From contig NW_018405052.1 of assembly GCF_002113885.1 (NCBI RefSeq), positions 11,418-75,417 of the forward strand: a stretch of DNA of 64,000 nucleotides, read 5' to 3'. Numbering within the stretch: position 1 is the first letter of the stretch; the number at the start of each line of letters is the position of its first letter. Source of the stretch: Mizuhopecten yessoensis. Its lineage: Eukaryota. The notes below the pieces were generated by a model. That model ran no database searches. It was given only the letters and a program-made list of their open reading frames with translations, and was not told the DNA's origin. Below, piece by piece: positions 1 to 13,100 of the stretch. Both the position numbers and the translations under genes were made by a program.

Positions 1-1380
1 TGTAACTATAGAAATGTTAAGGTGTGTCTCCTCTAACATCTGTCCATGTAACTATAGAATTGTTAAGGTGTGTCTCCTCTAACACCTGTCCATGTAACTA
101 CAGAAATGTTGAGGTGTGTCTCCTCTAACATCTGTCCTTGTAACTATAGAAATGTTAAAGTGTGTCTCCTCTAAAATCTGTCCTTGTAACTATAGAAATG
201 TTAAGGTGTGTCTCCTCTAACTCCTGTCCTTGTAACTATAGAAATGTTAAGGGGTGTGTCCTCTTACATCTGTCCTTGTAACTATAGAAATGATAAGGTG
301 TGTCTCCTCTAACATCTGTCCTTGTAACTACATAAATGTTAGGGTGTGTCTCCTCTAACATCTGTCCTTGTAACTACATAAATTTTAGGTTGTGTCACCT
401 CTAACATCTGTCCTTGTAACTATAGAAATGTTAAGGTTTGTCTCCTCTAACACCTGTCCTTGTAACTATAGAAATGTTAAGGTTTGTCTCCTCTAACACC
501 TGTCCTTGTTGTCTCCTCTAACATCTGTCCTTGTAACTACATAAATTTTAGGTTGTGTCACCTCTAACATCTGTCCTTGTAACTATAGAAATGTTAAGGG
601 GTGTCTCCTCTAACACCTGTCCATGTAACTGTAGAAATGTTAAGGTGTGTCTCCTCTAACTCCTGTCCTTGTAACTATAGAAATGTTAAGGTGCGTCTCC
701 TCTAACACCTGTCCTTGTAACTATAGAAATCTTAAGGTGTGTCTCCTCTAACACCTGTCCATGTAACTGTAGAAATGTTAAGGTGTGTCTCCTCTAACGT
801 CTGTCCTTGTAACTATAGAAATGTTAAAGTGTGTGTCCTCTAAAATCTGTCCTTGTAACTATAGAAATGGTAAGGTGTGTCTCCTCTAACATCTGTCCTT
901 TTAACTATAGAAATGTTAAAGTGTGTCTCCTCTAACATCTGTCTAGATAACTCTAGAAATGTTAAGGTGTGTCTCCTCTAACTCCTGTCCTTGTAACTAT
1001 AGAAATGTTAAGGTGCGTCTCCTCTAACACCTGTCCTTGTAACTATAGAAATGTTAAGGGGTGTCTCCTCTAACACCTGTCCATGTAACTGTAGAAATGT
1101 TAAGGTGTGTCTCCTCTAACACCTGTCCTTGTAACTATAGAAATGTTAAGGTGTGTGTCCTCTTACATCTGTCCTTGTAACTATAGAAATGTTAAGGTGT
1201 GTCTCCGCTAACACCTGTCCTTGTAACTATAGAAATGTTAAGCTGTGTCTCCTCTAACATCTGTCCTTGTAACTACATAAATGTTAAGGTGTGTCTCCTC
1301 TAACACCTGTCCATGTCACTATAAATGTTAAGGTGTGTCTCCTCTAACACCTGTCTAGATATAGAAATGTATAGGTGTGT
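1..1380. repeat. 46-bp minisatellite, about 30 copies, runs off the window start
   Basis: Unit tgtaactatagaaatgttaaggtgtgtctcctctaacatctgtcct. Confidence 0.95.
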
Positions 1381-1647
1381 TGTTTTATGAAACTTGTTTA
1401 GACATTTTTAGCATATCAATTTTTAGGCAATTTATTGAACTTTTATCAGAAATTATTAATATACTAAGAAGTAACTTTAGCATATTAAAAAAAATGATTA
1501 TTGTAAAAAACTATTAACTACTGGTTTAATATTTCATTTCAGCACATGAAAATAATTAAATAATCATAAAAGTATGTGTATGTTGATTGATTTGATCTTA
1601 CTGACTGAAATGGTGAAGGGAAATGAAGCCAATTTTTTTATTGTCAA

Positions 1648-2086
1648 TTTTTATACGCCCATCAAATTTGATGGGAGTATTATGGTATGGCGTTGTCCAT
1701 CCGTCCGTCCGTCCGTCCGTCCGTCGTAAACTTTTGTTTGTCCAGCAATCTCCACCTACATTGTTCATTTCAGTATTTGAATTTTGTCCGGAGATCTACT
1801 CCTACATTTTTCGACCGATCTCTTTGAAACTTGGTATACATTATAATCATGATAGGAAATTGTGTCTCCCTTAAAAGGATTTTGATTAGACAATTTTTCC
1901 AAAAGTTATTGCCCTTTGTTCATTTCAGTATTTGATTTTTTTATCCAGAGATTTTTTCCTACATTTTTATAGCATGTCAGCTAACCACTCTTTGAATGAT
2001 GCAGATCTTATTTCAATGTAAGAAAGTATATAACGCTATATGGCATTCGACGGGCGTATATTGTTCCGCCACGCGGTACTCTTGTT
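1648..2086 (+). mobile_element. Non-autonomous Helentron-associated (HINE-like) element
   Basis: T-rich start, subterminal inverted repeat tatacgccc/gggcgtata, (GTCC)n microsatellite, short 3' hairpin followed by cttgtt. Confidence 0.7.
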
Positions 2087-2201
2087 GATGTTTTAAATTT
2101 GACTTAGACAATTTTTGTTGTTGGTATTTAAAATCTACAATTTCCAATTTTTGTTGTTATTTGGCATTGGCAATTTTTGTTGCTGTGATTTGACACTGAT
2201 A

Positions 2202-3130
2202 TTTTAAGCTCACCTGGTCCAATGAATTCGAACCAAGGTGAGCATATGCCATACTGCGGCATCCTTTGTCTGTTGTCTGCTTTTAAGTTGGACTTTAATG
2301 TAACTCTCACCCTAACCATATATACAATTGCTGAGTATACTAAAGACAAGTATACACATGCTATCAGGATGGCTTCATGGTCTGGCCCCACCCTTAGAGA
2401 CTTAGTCCTTTCGTCATAACTTTGAAACAATGGAGATGTGCAGCCATAACCATACAAATGCTGGGCATTAAGAGATAAACAATATCATGATATTAGAATT
2501 GATATTGGGGTCTGGCCCTACCCCAGAGACTTAATTCTTGGGCAATAACTTTGAAATGGTCGAGATTCCAACCCCTTAACCATATATACCATTTCTGGTA
2601 TAAAGAGGCCAACACAATTATGATACTGAAATTAATCCTGGGATCTGGTACCACCACCAGGGGCTTAATTAGGGACCACATCAGAAATGCCCGTGCCCTA
2701 TAGTAATCACAGTGTCTGTCCATCTGTCTGTCCACACTTTTGTTTCTGGGAATTTTCTCAAAATCTGTTTGAATTTTGTCATGATACACCGAGAAAGGTA
2801 GATGTACAATATGGGTTAAACATTTTTCTAAGGTCAAGGTCATTGTTGCTAAAAATACACAACGGGGTCTGGCTCCACCACAAGAGACTTAATTCCCAGG
2901 CCATAACTTTGAAACAATTGAGATGTGCAACCATAACCATACAAATGTTGGGCATTAAGAGATAAACAATATCATGATATTATAATTGACCCTTGGGTTT
3001 GGCCCTATTCCAGATACTTAATTCCTGGGCCATAACTTTAAAATGGTTGAGAATTCCACAACTCTAAAATCAAATTAACCATTACTGGGCATAATCCAGG
3101 TGGTAGTGACACAGGCCCTTTGGGTCTTTT
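2202..3130 (+). mobile_element. Degenerate/nested HINE-like elements
   Basis: ttttaagctcacctg..aggtgagc 5' hairpin, (GTCT)-like tracts, internal repeated block, 3' hairpin ggccctttgggtc; 29-bp-like sequence lies on both sides. Confidence 0.55.
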
Positions 3131-3139
3131 TGGCTATAA

Positions 3140-3890
3140 TTTGACATTGTCATTTTTTGTTGTTGTGAGTTGACATTAACAGTTTTTGTTGTTGTGATTT
3201 GACATTGACAGTTTTCGTTGTTGTTGTGGGTTGACATTGACAGTTTCTGTTGTTGTGAGTTGACATTGACAGTTTTTGTTGTTGTGGGTTGACATTGACA
3301 GTTTTTGTTGTGGTGAGTTTACATTGACTGTTTCTGTTGTTGTGATTTGACATTGACAGTTTTTGTTGTTGTGAGTTGACATTGACAGTTTTTGTTGTTG
3401 TGAGTTGACATTGACAGTTTAAGTTGTGGTGAGTTGACATTGACAGTTTTGTTGTTGTGGGTTGACATTGACAGTTTTTGTTGTGGTGAGTTTAACTTAA
3501 CTGTTTCTGTTGTTGTGATTTGACATTGACAGTTTTCGTTGTTGTGAGTTGGCATTGACAGTTTTTGTTGTTGTGTGTTGACATTGACAGTTTTTTGTTG
3601 TTGTGAGTTGACATTGACAGATATACAAATGGGTTTTCTTCCATGACAGTTTTTGTTGTTGTGATTTGACATTGACAGTTTTCGTTGTTGTGAGTTGACA
3701 TTGACAGTTTTTGTTGTTGTGTGTTGACATTGACAGTTTTACTGTGGTGAGTTTACATTGACAGTTTTTGTTGTTGTGAGTTGACATTGACAGTTTTTGT
3801 TGTTGTGGGTTGACATTGACAGTTTTTGTTTTTGTGAGTTGACATTGACAGTTTTTGTTGTTGTTGGTTGACATTGACAGATTTACTGTG
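3140..3890. repeat. 29-bp minisatellite, about 25 copies
   Basis: Unit ttgacattgacagtttttgttgttgtgag; accounts for the repetitive minus-strand ORFs. Confidence 0.95.
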
Positions 3891-4010
3891 GTTTGTCATT
3901 ATTTATTTATTTGTGATTCCTTAAGGTTTATAAATGATAGCCATTTCAAAAATAGGAGTTATGAGTACGACATGAAATGTATATGTTTGTAATGCTCTAT
4001 TTACTTTCAG

Positions 4011-4169
4011 ACACTTGCCCGAGAGGTTTTATGTCTGATGATGGTTTTCCTCCCTGCCGTCCCTGCGCTAAAGATTATTACTGGAGCAATTCTACATATT
4101 GTGAACAATGTCCACCCAATACCAGCACTGTAGAACAGAATGGCATGGGAGTTCTTGGGGATTGTAAAG
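4011..4169 (+). CDS. Exon 1 (in window): GCC2/GCC3 ephrin-receptor-like Cys-rich repeat
   Basis: tttcag|AC..AAAG|gtatgt, 159 nt, phase 1-1; TCPRGFMSDDGFPPCRPCAKDYY..CEQCP..DCK. Confidence 0.92.
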
Positions 4170-7100
4170 GTATGTTAAGCATTTATCTAATATTTTAAGT
4201 ATTTTCCCATTTGAACATAATACAGTAAACTTACACATTTTTGTGATGTGGCCACACGAGCCTTTAGACACACCTACCTTTTGAAAAACTAATATACACA
4301 GGCATTCGTCACAATTTATTACCCCTGTCCAATGAGGTTGGTAGGGGATATACAAATGGGTTTTCTTCCATGTGTCCGGTATTGCTTAAAAAGTCTTCTA
4401 GTTAACCTCATGAAACTTTGAAGGCGCATCATTCCAGTAGTCTAGTGTTGCTGTTTGATATTGAGGAGTTTTCATTTTTGACATTTTCCCAGTTGCCATG
4501 GAAATAAATAGCTGGAAATGCAAAAATTGTCGTTTCCGTAGCATACGTCAGGAACTGCTAGAGATAACTACCTAACTCTCTAACCACATGCATCTAGTTG
4601 TCCAGTAGTGCCTTCTGCTATTAGGGTAACCATAAGACTAAATAGCAGGAAATGCAAAAATAGTCAACTTATTCTTGATTAAATGCGTTCAACCTAGCAC
4701 ACTGTTGTCATGGTCATGTTTAACTATAGATAACTCTACTACTACAGCCGAACTCTTGCACAGAGATGTTGGATCTCCCAATCCCCGCAATTTATCTCAT
4801 GATGAAATCTGCCAGTAATTAATTCATAAAGAATAGAAATATCTTTGGTTTTAATGGTGTAAGATGGATTGATTTCTGACAAAAGGGGCAATTTCAGTGT
4901 ATTTTTTTCTTTTTTCATGGTTTGAATTACGTAGAAAAGAGGGAAAATGCAAATGAGTTTATTTAAAGGTCATAAAGGATATTTGAAATATATTCTTTCA
5001 GCTTAAGTAAGTCAAGTAAGGGATTGGTGCTGGAGTTTGTAAGGGGGAGGGGGGAACATAAGGATTTTAAATGTGGACATCTCCCCTTGCACACAAATTC
5101 TCCCTTAAAGACCCCCCCCCCCCCCCCTTTCCTCCCCTGTGTTGAATTTATTTGTATATTGTTTTTAGCTCACCTGCCCAAAGGGCAAGTGGGCTTATGC
5201 TATGACGCGCCATCCGTCTTCCGTCTGTTTGGCGTCAACTTTTTACTTTAAACAACTTTTTCTCAATAACCAAACAGCCTTGGATGATAATATTTGGCCA
5301 GGAGCATGCTGGGATAAAGGGCTACCAAGTTTGTTCAAACAAATGACCTTCACCCATTTTCAAGGTCACAGGGGTCAAATATGTTTAAAACTTTTGAACA
5401 ACTTCTCCTGAATACCAAAGATGCATAGGATCAAGATATTTGACAAGTATCATGCTCTGATGAAGGGCTACCAAGTTTGTTCAAATGAATGACCTTAATC
5501 TATTTTCAAGGTCACATATGTTTAAAACCTTTAAACAACTTCTTCTCAATAACAAAAAGGCCTTAGATGATGATATTTGGTCAGTAACATGGTGGGATGA
5601 AGGGCTACCAAGTTTTTTCAATCAATTGACCTGCACCCATCTTCAAGGTCACAGGGGTCAAATATATTTAAAACCTTTAAACAACTTCTCCTGAATACCC
5701 TACAAGATGCTTAGGATAATGATATTTGACCAGTATCACGCTGAGATGAAGGGCTACCAAGTTTGTTCAAACAAATGACCTTCACCCATTTTTAAAGTCA
5801 CAGGGGTGAAACATATTAAAAACCTTTCAACAACTTCTCCTCAATAACCAAAAGGCCTAGGATGATGATATTTGGCTAATATCATGCTTGGATGACTCAC
5901 GTTTTGACATACATATTTACTCGCATATTGACACACATACTGACATACATATTGACTCACTTACATATTGACACACATACTGACATACATATTGACTCAC
6001 ATATTGGCACACATACTGACATACATATTGACTCACTTACATATTAACACTCATACTGACAAACATATTGACTCACTTATGTATTGACACTCATACTGAC
6101 AAACATATTAACTCACTAATGTATTGACACTCATACTGACATACATATTAAGTCCCTTACGTATTGAAACACATATTGACACACATATTGACTCGCTTAC
6201 ATATTGACTCACATACTGACATACATATTGACTCACATACTGACAAACATATTGTCTAATTTACATATTGACTCACATTTTGACATACATATTGACACAA
6301 ACTGACAAACATATTGACTCACTTACATACTGACATATACTGACAAACATAATGACTCACTTACGTACTGACATATAATGACAAACATATTGACTCACTT
6401 ACATACTGATCGACATATACTGACAAACATATTGACTCGCTTACGTACTGACATACTGACAAACATTGACTCACTTACGTACTGACATATACTGACAAAC
6501 ATATTGACTCACTTACATACTGACATTAAGTGACAAACATATTGACTCACTTACATACTGACATACATATTGAATGGTGGTTGCAACTGATAAAATGTAG
6601 AACTGGATTTATATGATACTGACACAAAATGACCTGCTAATAAAATGTACCACATACGCTTTCCTTTTTTAGCTGAATGTCAGGCTGGAATGTTTTCCCC
6701 TACTGGCTATGAGCCATGTAAACCATGCCCAACAAATTTCTATCAGGTGTTGACTGGGCAGAAGGGATGTTTGGAATGTCCTGAAACACAGATAACAAAC
6801 AGTACTGGCAGTAACAGCTCAAACCAGTGTTGGACACCAGGTAAACCATTGTTTTGTGTGATATATAACGAGATATATAACTACCAGTACTAGCAGTATA
6901 AAGAACTTGAAGTAACAACTCAGCCCTGTGTGTTGTGTCAGTTAAACCATTGTTTTGTGAGATATATCACGACCAGTACTAGCAGTAACAACTCAGCCCT
7001 GTGTGTTATGTCAGTTAAACCGTGATTGTTTTGTGAGATATATAACGACCAGTACTGGCAGTAACAACTCAGCCCTGTGTGTTGTGTCAGGTAAACCATT

Positions 7101-10100
7101 GTTTTGTGAGATATATCATGACCAGTACTAGCAGTAACAACTCAGCTCTGTGTGTTGTGTCAGTTAAACCATTGTTTTGTGTGATATATCACGACCAGTA
7201 CTAGCAGTGACAACTCAGTCCTGTGTGTTATGTTAGGTAAACCATTTGTAAGAATTATTTATGATCATTCTTTGACTGCTATCTACTCTGTCACAATCAA
7301 AATGTCACACAAAAACTTTTCAATTGTTGTCATATATTAACCTGTATACAGTCTTCAATTACAAATCTAAAGAAAATGTTAAAAAAGCAGGAACTTATAC
7401 ATAGGAACCAATCACTAGTATCGGTACCACTTTGATATAGTTTATATAGTCTGTGGTATCATAGGAACCAATCACTAGTATAGGTACCACTTTGATATAG
7501 TTTATATAGTCTGTGATATCATAGGAACCAATCACTAGTATAGGTACCACTTTGTTATAGTTTGGGTAATCTGTGGTATCAAAGGAACCAATCACAAGTA
7601 TAGGTACCACTTTGATATAGTTTATATAGTCTGTGGTATCATAAGAACCAATCACTAGTATAGGTACCACTTTGTTATAGTTTATATAATCTGTGGTATC
7701 ACAGGAACCAATCACTAGTATAGGTACCACTTTGATATAGTTTATGTAATCTGTGATATCACAGGAACCAATCACTAGTATAGGTACCACTTTGTTATAG
7801 TTTATATAATCTGTGGTATCATAGGAACCAATCTCTAGTATAGGTACCACTTTGATTTAGTTTATATAATCTGTGGTATCATAGGAACCAATCACTAGTA
7901 TAGGTACTACTTTGATTTAGTTTATATAATCTGTGGTATCATAGGAACCAATCTCTAGTATAGGTACCACTTTGATTTAGTTTATATAATCTGTGGTATC
8001 ACAGGAACCAATCACTAGTATAGGTACCACTTTGTTATAGTTGATGTAATCTGTGGTATCACAGGAACCAATCACTAGTATAGGTACCACTTTGTTATAG
8101 TTGATGTAATCTGTGGTATCACAGGAACCAATCACTAGTATAGGTACCACTTTGATATAGTTTATATAATCTGTGGTATCATAGGAACCAATCACAAGTA
8201 TAGGTACCACTTCGTTATAGTTTATATAATCTGTGGTATCACAGGAACCAATCACTAGTATAGGTACTACTTTGTTATAGTTGATATAATCTGTGGTATC
8301 ACAGGAACCAATCACTAGTATAGGTAATATTTTGATATTATTCATATAATCTGTGGTGTCATAGGAACCAATCTCTAGTATAGGTACCAATTTGTTATAG
8401 TTTATATATCTGTGGTATCATAGGAACCAAGCTCTATTATAGGTACCACTTTGTAATAGTTTATGTAATCTGTGGTATCATAGGAACCAATCTCTATTAG
8501 TTTATATAGTCTGTGATATCATAGGAACCAATCACTAGTATAGGTACCACTTTGTTATAGTTGATGTAATCTGTGGTATCACAGGAACCAATCACTAGTA
8601 TAGGTACTATTTTGATATAGTTTATGTAATATGTGGTATCACAGGAACCAATCACTAGTATAGGTACTATTTTGATATTATTCATATAATCTGTGGTATC
8701 ATAGGAACCAATCTCTAGTATAGGTACCACTTTGTTATAGTTTATATATCTGTGGTATCATAGGAACCAATCTCTATTATAGGTACCACTTTGTAATAGT
8801 TTATGTAATCTGTGGTATCATAGGAACCAATCTCTAGTATAGGTACGATTTTGATATAGTTTATTTAATCTGTGGTATAATAGGAACCAATCACTAGTAT
8901 AGGTACTATTTTGTTATAGTTTATTTAATCTGTGGTATCATAGGAACCAATCTCTATTAGTTTATATAGTCTGTGATATCATAGGAACCAATCACTAGTA
9001 TAGGTACCACTTTGTTATAGTTGATGTAATCTGTGGTATCACAGGAACCAATCACAAGTATAGGTACCACTTCGTTATAGTTTATATAATCTGTGGTATC
9101 ATAGGAACCAATCTCTATTATACGTACCACTTTGTAATAGTTTATGTAATCTGTGGTATCATAGGAAACAGGAACCAATCACTAGTATAGGTACTATTGT
9201 GATATAGTTTATATAATCTGTGGTATCACAGGAACCAAGCACTAGGATAGGAACCACTTTGTTATAGTTTAGGTAATCTGTGGTATCATAGGAACCAATC
9301 TCTAGTATAGGTACCACTTTGTTATAGTTTCTGTAATCTGTGGTATCATAGGAACCAATCACTAGTATGGGTACCACTTTGATATAGTTTATATAATCTG
9401 TAGTATCACAGGAACCAATCACTAGGATAGGAACCATTTTGTTATAGTTTATGTAATCTGTGGTATCATAGGAACCAATCACAAGTATAGGTACCACTTC
9501 GTTATAGTTTATATAATCTGTGGTATCATAGGAACCAATCAATAGTATAGGTACCACTTTGATATAGTTTATATAATCTGTGGTATCACAGGAACCAATC
9601 ACTAGGATAGGAACCACTTTGTTATAGTTTATGTAATCTGTGGTATCATAGGAACCAATCTCTAGTATAGGTACCACTTTGTTATAGTTTATGTAATCTG
9701 TGGTATCATAGGAACCAATCTCTAGTATAGGTACTATTTTGATATAGTTTATTTAATCTGTGGTATCATAGGAACCAATCTCTAGTATAGATACCACTTT
9801 GTTATAGTTTATATAATCTGTGGTATCACAGGAACCAATCACAAGTATAGGTACCACTTTGTTATAGTTTATGTAATCTGTGGTATCATAGGAACCAATC
9901 TCTAGTATAGATACCACTTTGTTATAGTTTATATAATCTGTGGTATCACAGGAACCAATCTCTAGTATAGGTACCACTTTGTTATAGTTTATATAAGCTT
10001 TTTGAAGTACACCTCTTTCATTCATGTTTTAGAATTATGTCCTGCATCTCCCACACCATGCAGTGGAAATGGTTCATGCAGTGTGAAAAACCATGAAAAG

Positions 10101-13100
10101 TTCTGCAACTGCAATTCAGGTATTTAGAGTGACACCGCCAATACCAGCCTGTATTAATAACAATGTTACAATATAATTAAAAGGAAAATATGTTTTGTAG
10201 CTTTTGGATTAGCAATTACATGAATAAAATTGGAACGTTGTATAAAAGATTATTGTGGCCCCTTATATATATAATTAGGGCGGAGGAGCAGAACTGAATA
10301 GGGTAAATAGGAGACTTAAGTCTGCATGTGTCAGGTGCAAGGCAGGCTAGTCTGAGACCAGTGAAATCTCCATCTGGACTAGCTAGTGGTTTTAAAAGCT
10401 GCTAGTCCAATTTTCTAGACAAAATTTTAAATTACTTATAACGTTCAATGATATTGGGTGAGTAGAATTTGCACAAGGACTAGTAAAATGAAGTATACCG
10501 TTGATGATCCTGAAGAGATGAAAACACTCAGGCTACCAATATATTTGACATGGCATAATCATTTGTGTGTGAGGTGTAATGGCGGATACCTATTGGATGT
10601 ATATGGTAGGGCTAGTGACATCAAATATCCCTAATCCTTTACCTGGGCCCGTATATATGAAACCGTTCTCATGCTCAAGCATGGATTCTGATGTGCTGAA
10701 GCCAACTTTCTTGTTACTCGCTTAAATCCTGTAAAACAATCAAAAAGTCAAATGTAAACATTGAAACAGTAGTTAGCTTCAAGTCTCTTCAAAATGTTTC
10801 CAAAGCATTGACAAAATAAGATGTATTTATTAAGTTACAACAAGAACAATAAGTTAGACTTGAGCACAAAATCCATGCTTGAGCATGAGAACGGTTTCAT
10901 GAATACGGGCCCTGTACTAATGGAGAAAAGTAGTCTTTTTACATTATACATTGTATTGGTATGGAAGTTAGACCATTATGTATTTTAATTATTCAGATGA
11001 TTTGTTTAAGGAAGTATTCAGAAATGCAATCCTGATTGCAATGTGAATTTCTGGTGATTAAGGTGTTGTATTTTTTGTGTGCTATATTTTTAACAGGATA
11101 CTATGGTATGTGTAAGTTTTGTGTGCTATATTTTGGACAGGATACTATGGTATGTGTAATTTTTGTGTGCTATATTTTTGACAGAATACTATGGTATGTA
11201 TGTATGTGTAAGTTTTGTGTGCTATATTTTGGACAGGATACTATGGTATGTGTAATTTTTGTGTGCTATATTTTTTGACAGAATACTATGGTATGTATGT
11301 ATGTGTAAATTTTGTGTGCTATATGTTTGACAGGATACTCTGGAAGCGATTGTCAACTCATGAACAATTTCTGTGATGAGAGTCCTTGTGTCAGAGGAAC
11401 TTGTAATAATAACCAAGGTATTAGCTTCACCTGCACATGCGATACAGGTAAGTTATTTAAATTTTCAGAGAAAATTGGGGATATTAATTTGAGTGTATCT
11501 GTATGTTTTAAACATAGTATTGGAATGTTGGGAGAAAAATAATCATCCCCTACCTTGAGGGTGTGAAAGGGAATTCTCCAACCCTTGAAATGATTGTTTG
11601 AGCCAAGGGTTGGACAACCAAATGATCAACCTGAGAGTTGGAGATTCTTTGTCACACCCTCAACGTAGGAAAAGATTCTATTTATCCTACATATGAATAT
11701 TACTTCCTCCTTTATATAAAAATGAAGTCGTTCAGACTCCCCTTTTATTTTAAGGTTCTATTTTCGATTCAAAAGTCACCATTTTTGGTGGCCAGGTGAT
11801 GCTGTTTCTTTTCTAGACCAACTTTTTTTCAAAAACTAGTGCTCAACAAATTCTGTGGACAATGTCAGTCAATACTCAGAATTAATGCTTACAGGTTTTA
11901 CTGGGGACCGGTGTGATAGAGACACTACAAACCGTTGTACACCAAACACTTGCCAAGCTGGATCATGTAGAAATATAAAGAACGGTGCTGACTGTCTCTG
12001 TCCTCTTACTGGAGGATTCACACAGCCAAGGTAAGTAAAATATCTGGTCCTATATATCATAAACAGAACACAGCTTCATATTTTGATTCCCAAAATTTAC
12101 TTTTTGCTTTTCAGTAACAGGTCATTTCAGTTTATTAGGCCCCCGCATTGGAGATGGGGGTGCACTATAGTAATCAGTGTCCATTCACAATTTTATTTCC
12201 GACCTTATCTCCGAAACCAAAAGGCCTACCTTTCTGAAATTTGAAACGGTGATACCCTGTGAAATGTAAATGACAATACAGGATCATACCTGCTAATCCC
12301 TGAATCTCCCAATGGGGGTCATGACCCCTATTGGAAAAATCTGTGGGCGGTGATAACGCATGACAAAAAATTCACGTCAAAATTAATCATTTAATTTTTG
12401 CGACGTCACGGCATAACATATGTAATTGTGTCTTCTGGTATGGTTTAGGACTTTTTTAAAATAAATAAAACAACTCTTATTTTCACACATTTTGTTTTAT
12501 TACATTCTCTCTTTTCAAAATACTGATTTCCCTGTACATACAGGTAGTTTGAGTTAATTGTAGAAAACTTGGCATCTGATGCATACTGGAAGCATGAACT
12601 CATCTAGAAGCTCCTCTATCTATTTCTCCCTCTCATCTGCATGTACTACATTGGGAATCTGACTGTCTGCAGGTTGGAAACTGGAAAAAATAAAATATGC
12701 ATTTATGTTAAATACAGATTTTAAAGCAATCTTGCGATCGCGATATGGGAAAGCATTTTCATGCAGATTTTGGTAAATTAGAATGATCTGTCGTTGAGAA
12801 AGTAATATGCTCAGCACTGAAGTTGCTTAATAACGTGACTTTGCGTTTATAACCTTGTCGTCAGACATTGGAAATTCGATAATCGTATGTTTTATCATAA
12901 AACGCACCCCTACCTATCGAAAATAATTAAGTATACAGTACAGTTTACAATAAGAATGATCAGGCTCAATATTTTTATGACATAACAAAGCCACTCAAAA
13001 TCCCTTTTCCACAAAGTATTACAATAGCAGACATACTTTTTTTTTTTCTACGTTTAACGCAGTCCGAATTACGGTTGTGCATGTGAAATCGCACTGTTGT

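Noticed and set aside
3150-3874. Q/N/T-rich minus-strand ORFs, and gtgagt/ttgacag motifs in the 29-bp unit
   Set aside because: Satellite translation in several frames; the unit does not match a neighbouring exon junction.
7395-10025. Minus-strand ORFs with 20-aa repeats (VVPILVIGSYDTTDYINYNK)
   Set aside because: By-product of a 60-bp unit; broken by stops and frameshifts, antisense within an intron, no splice or domain support.
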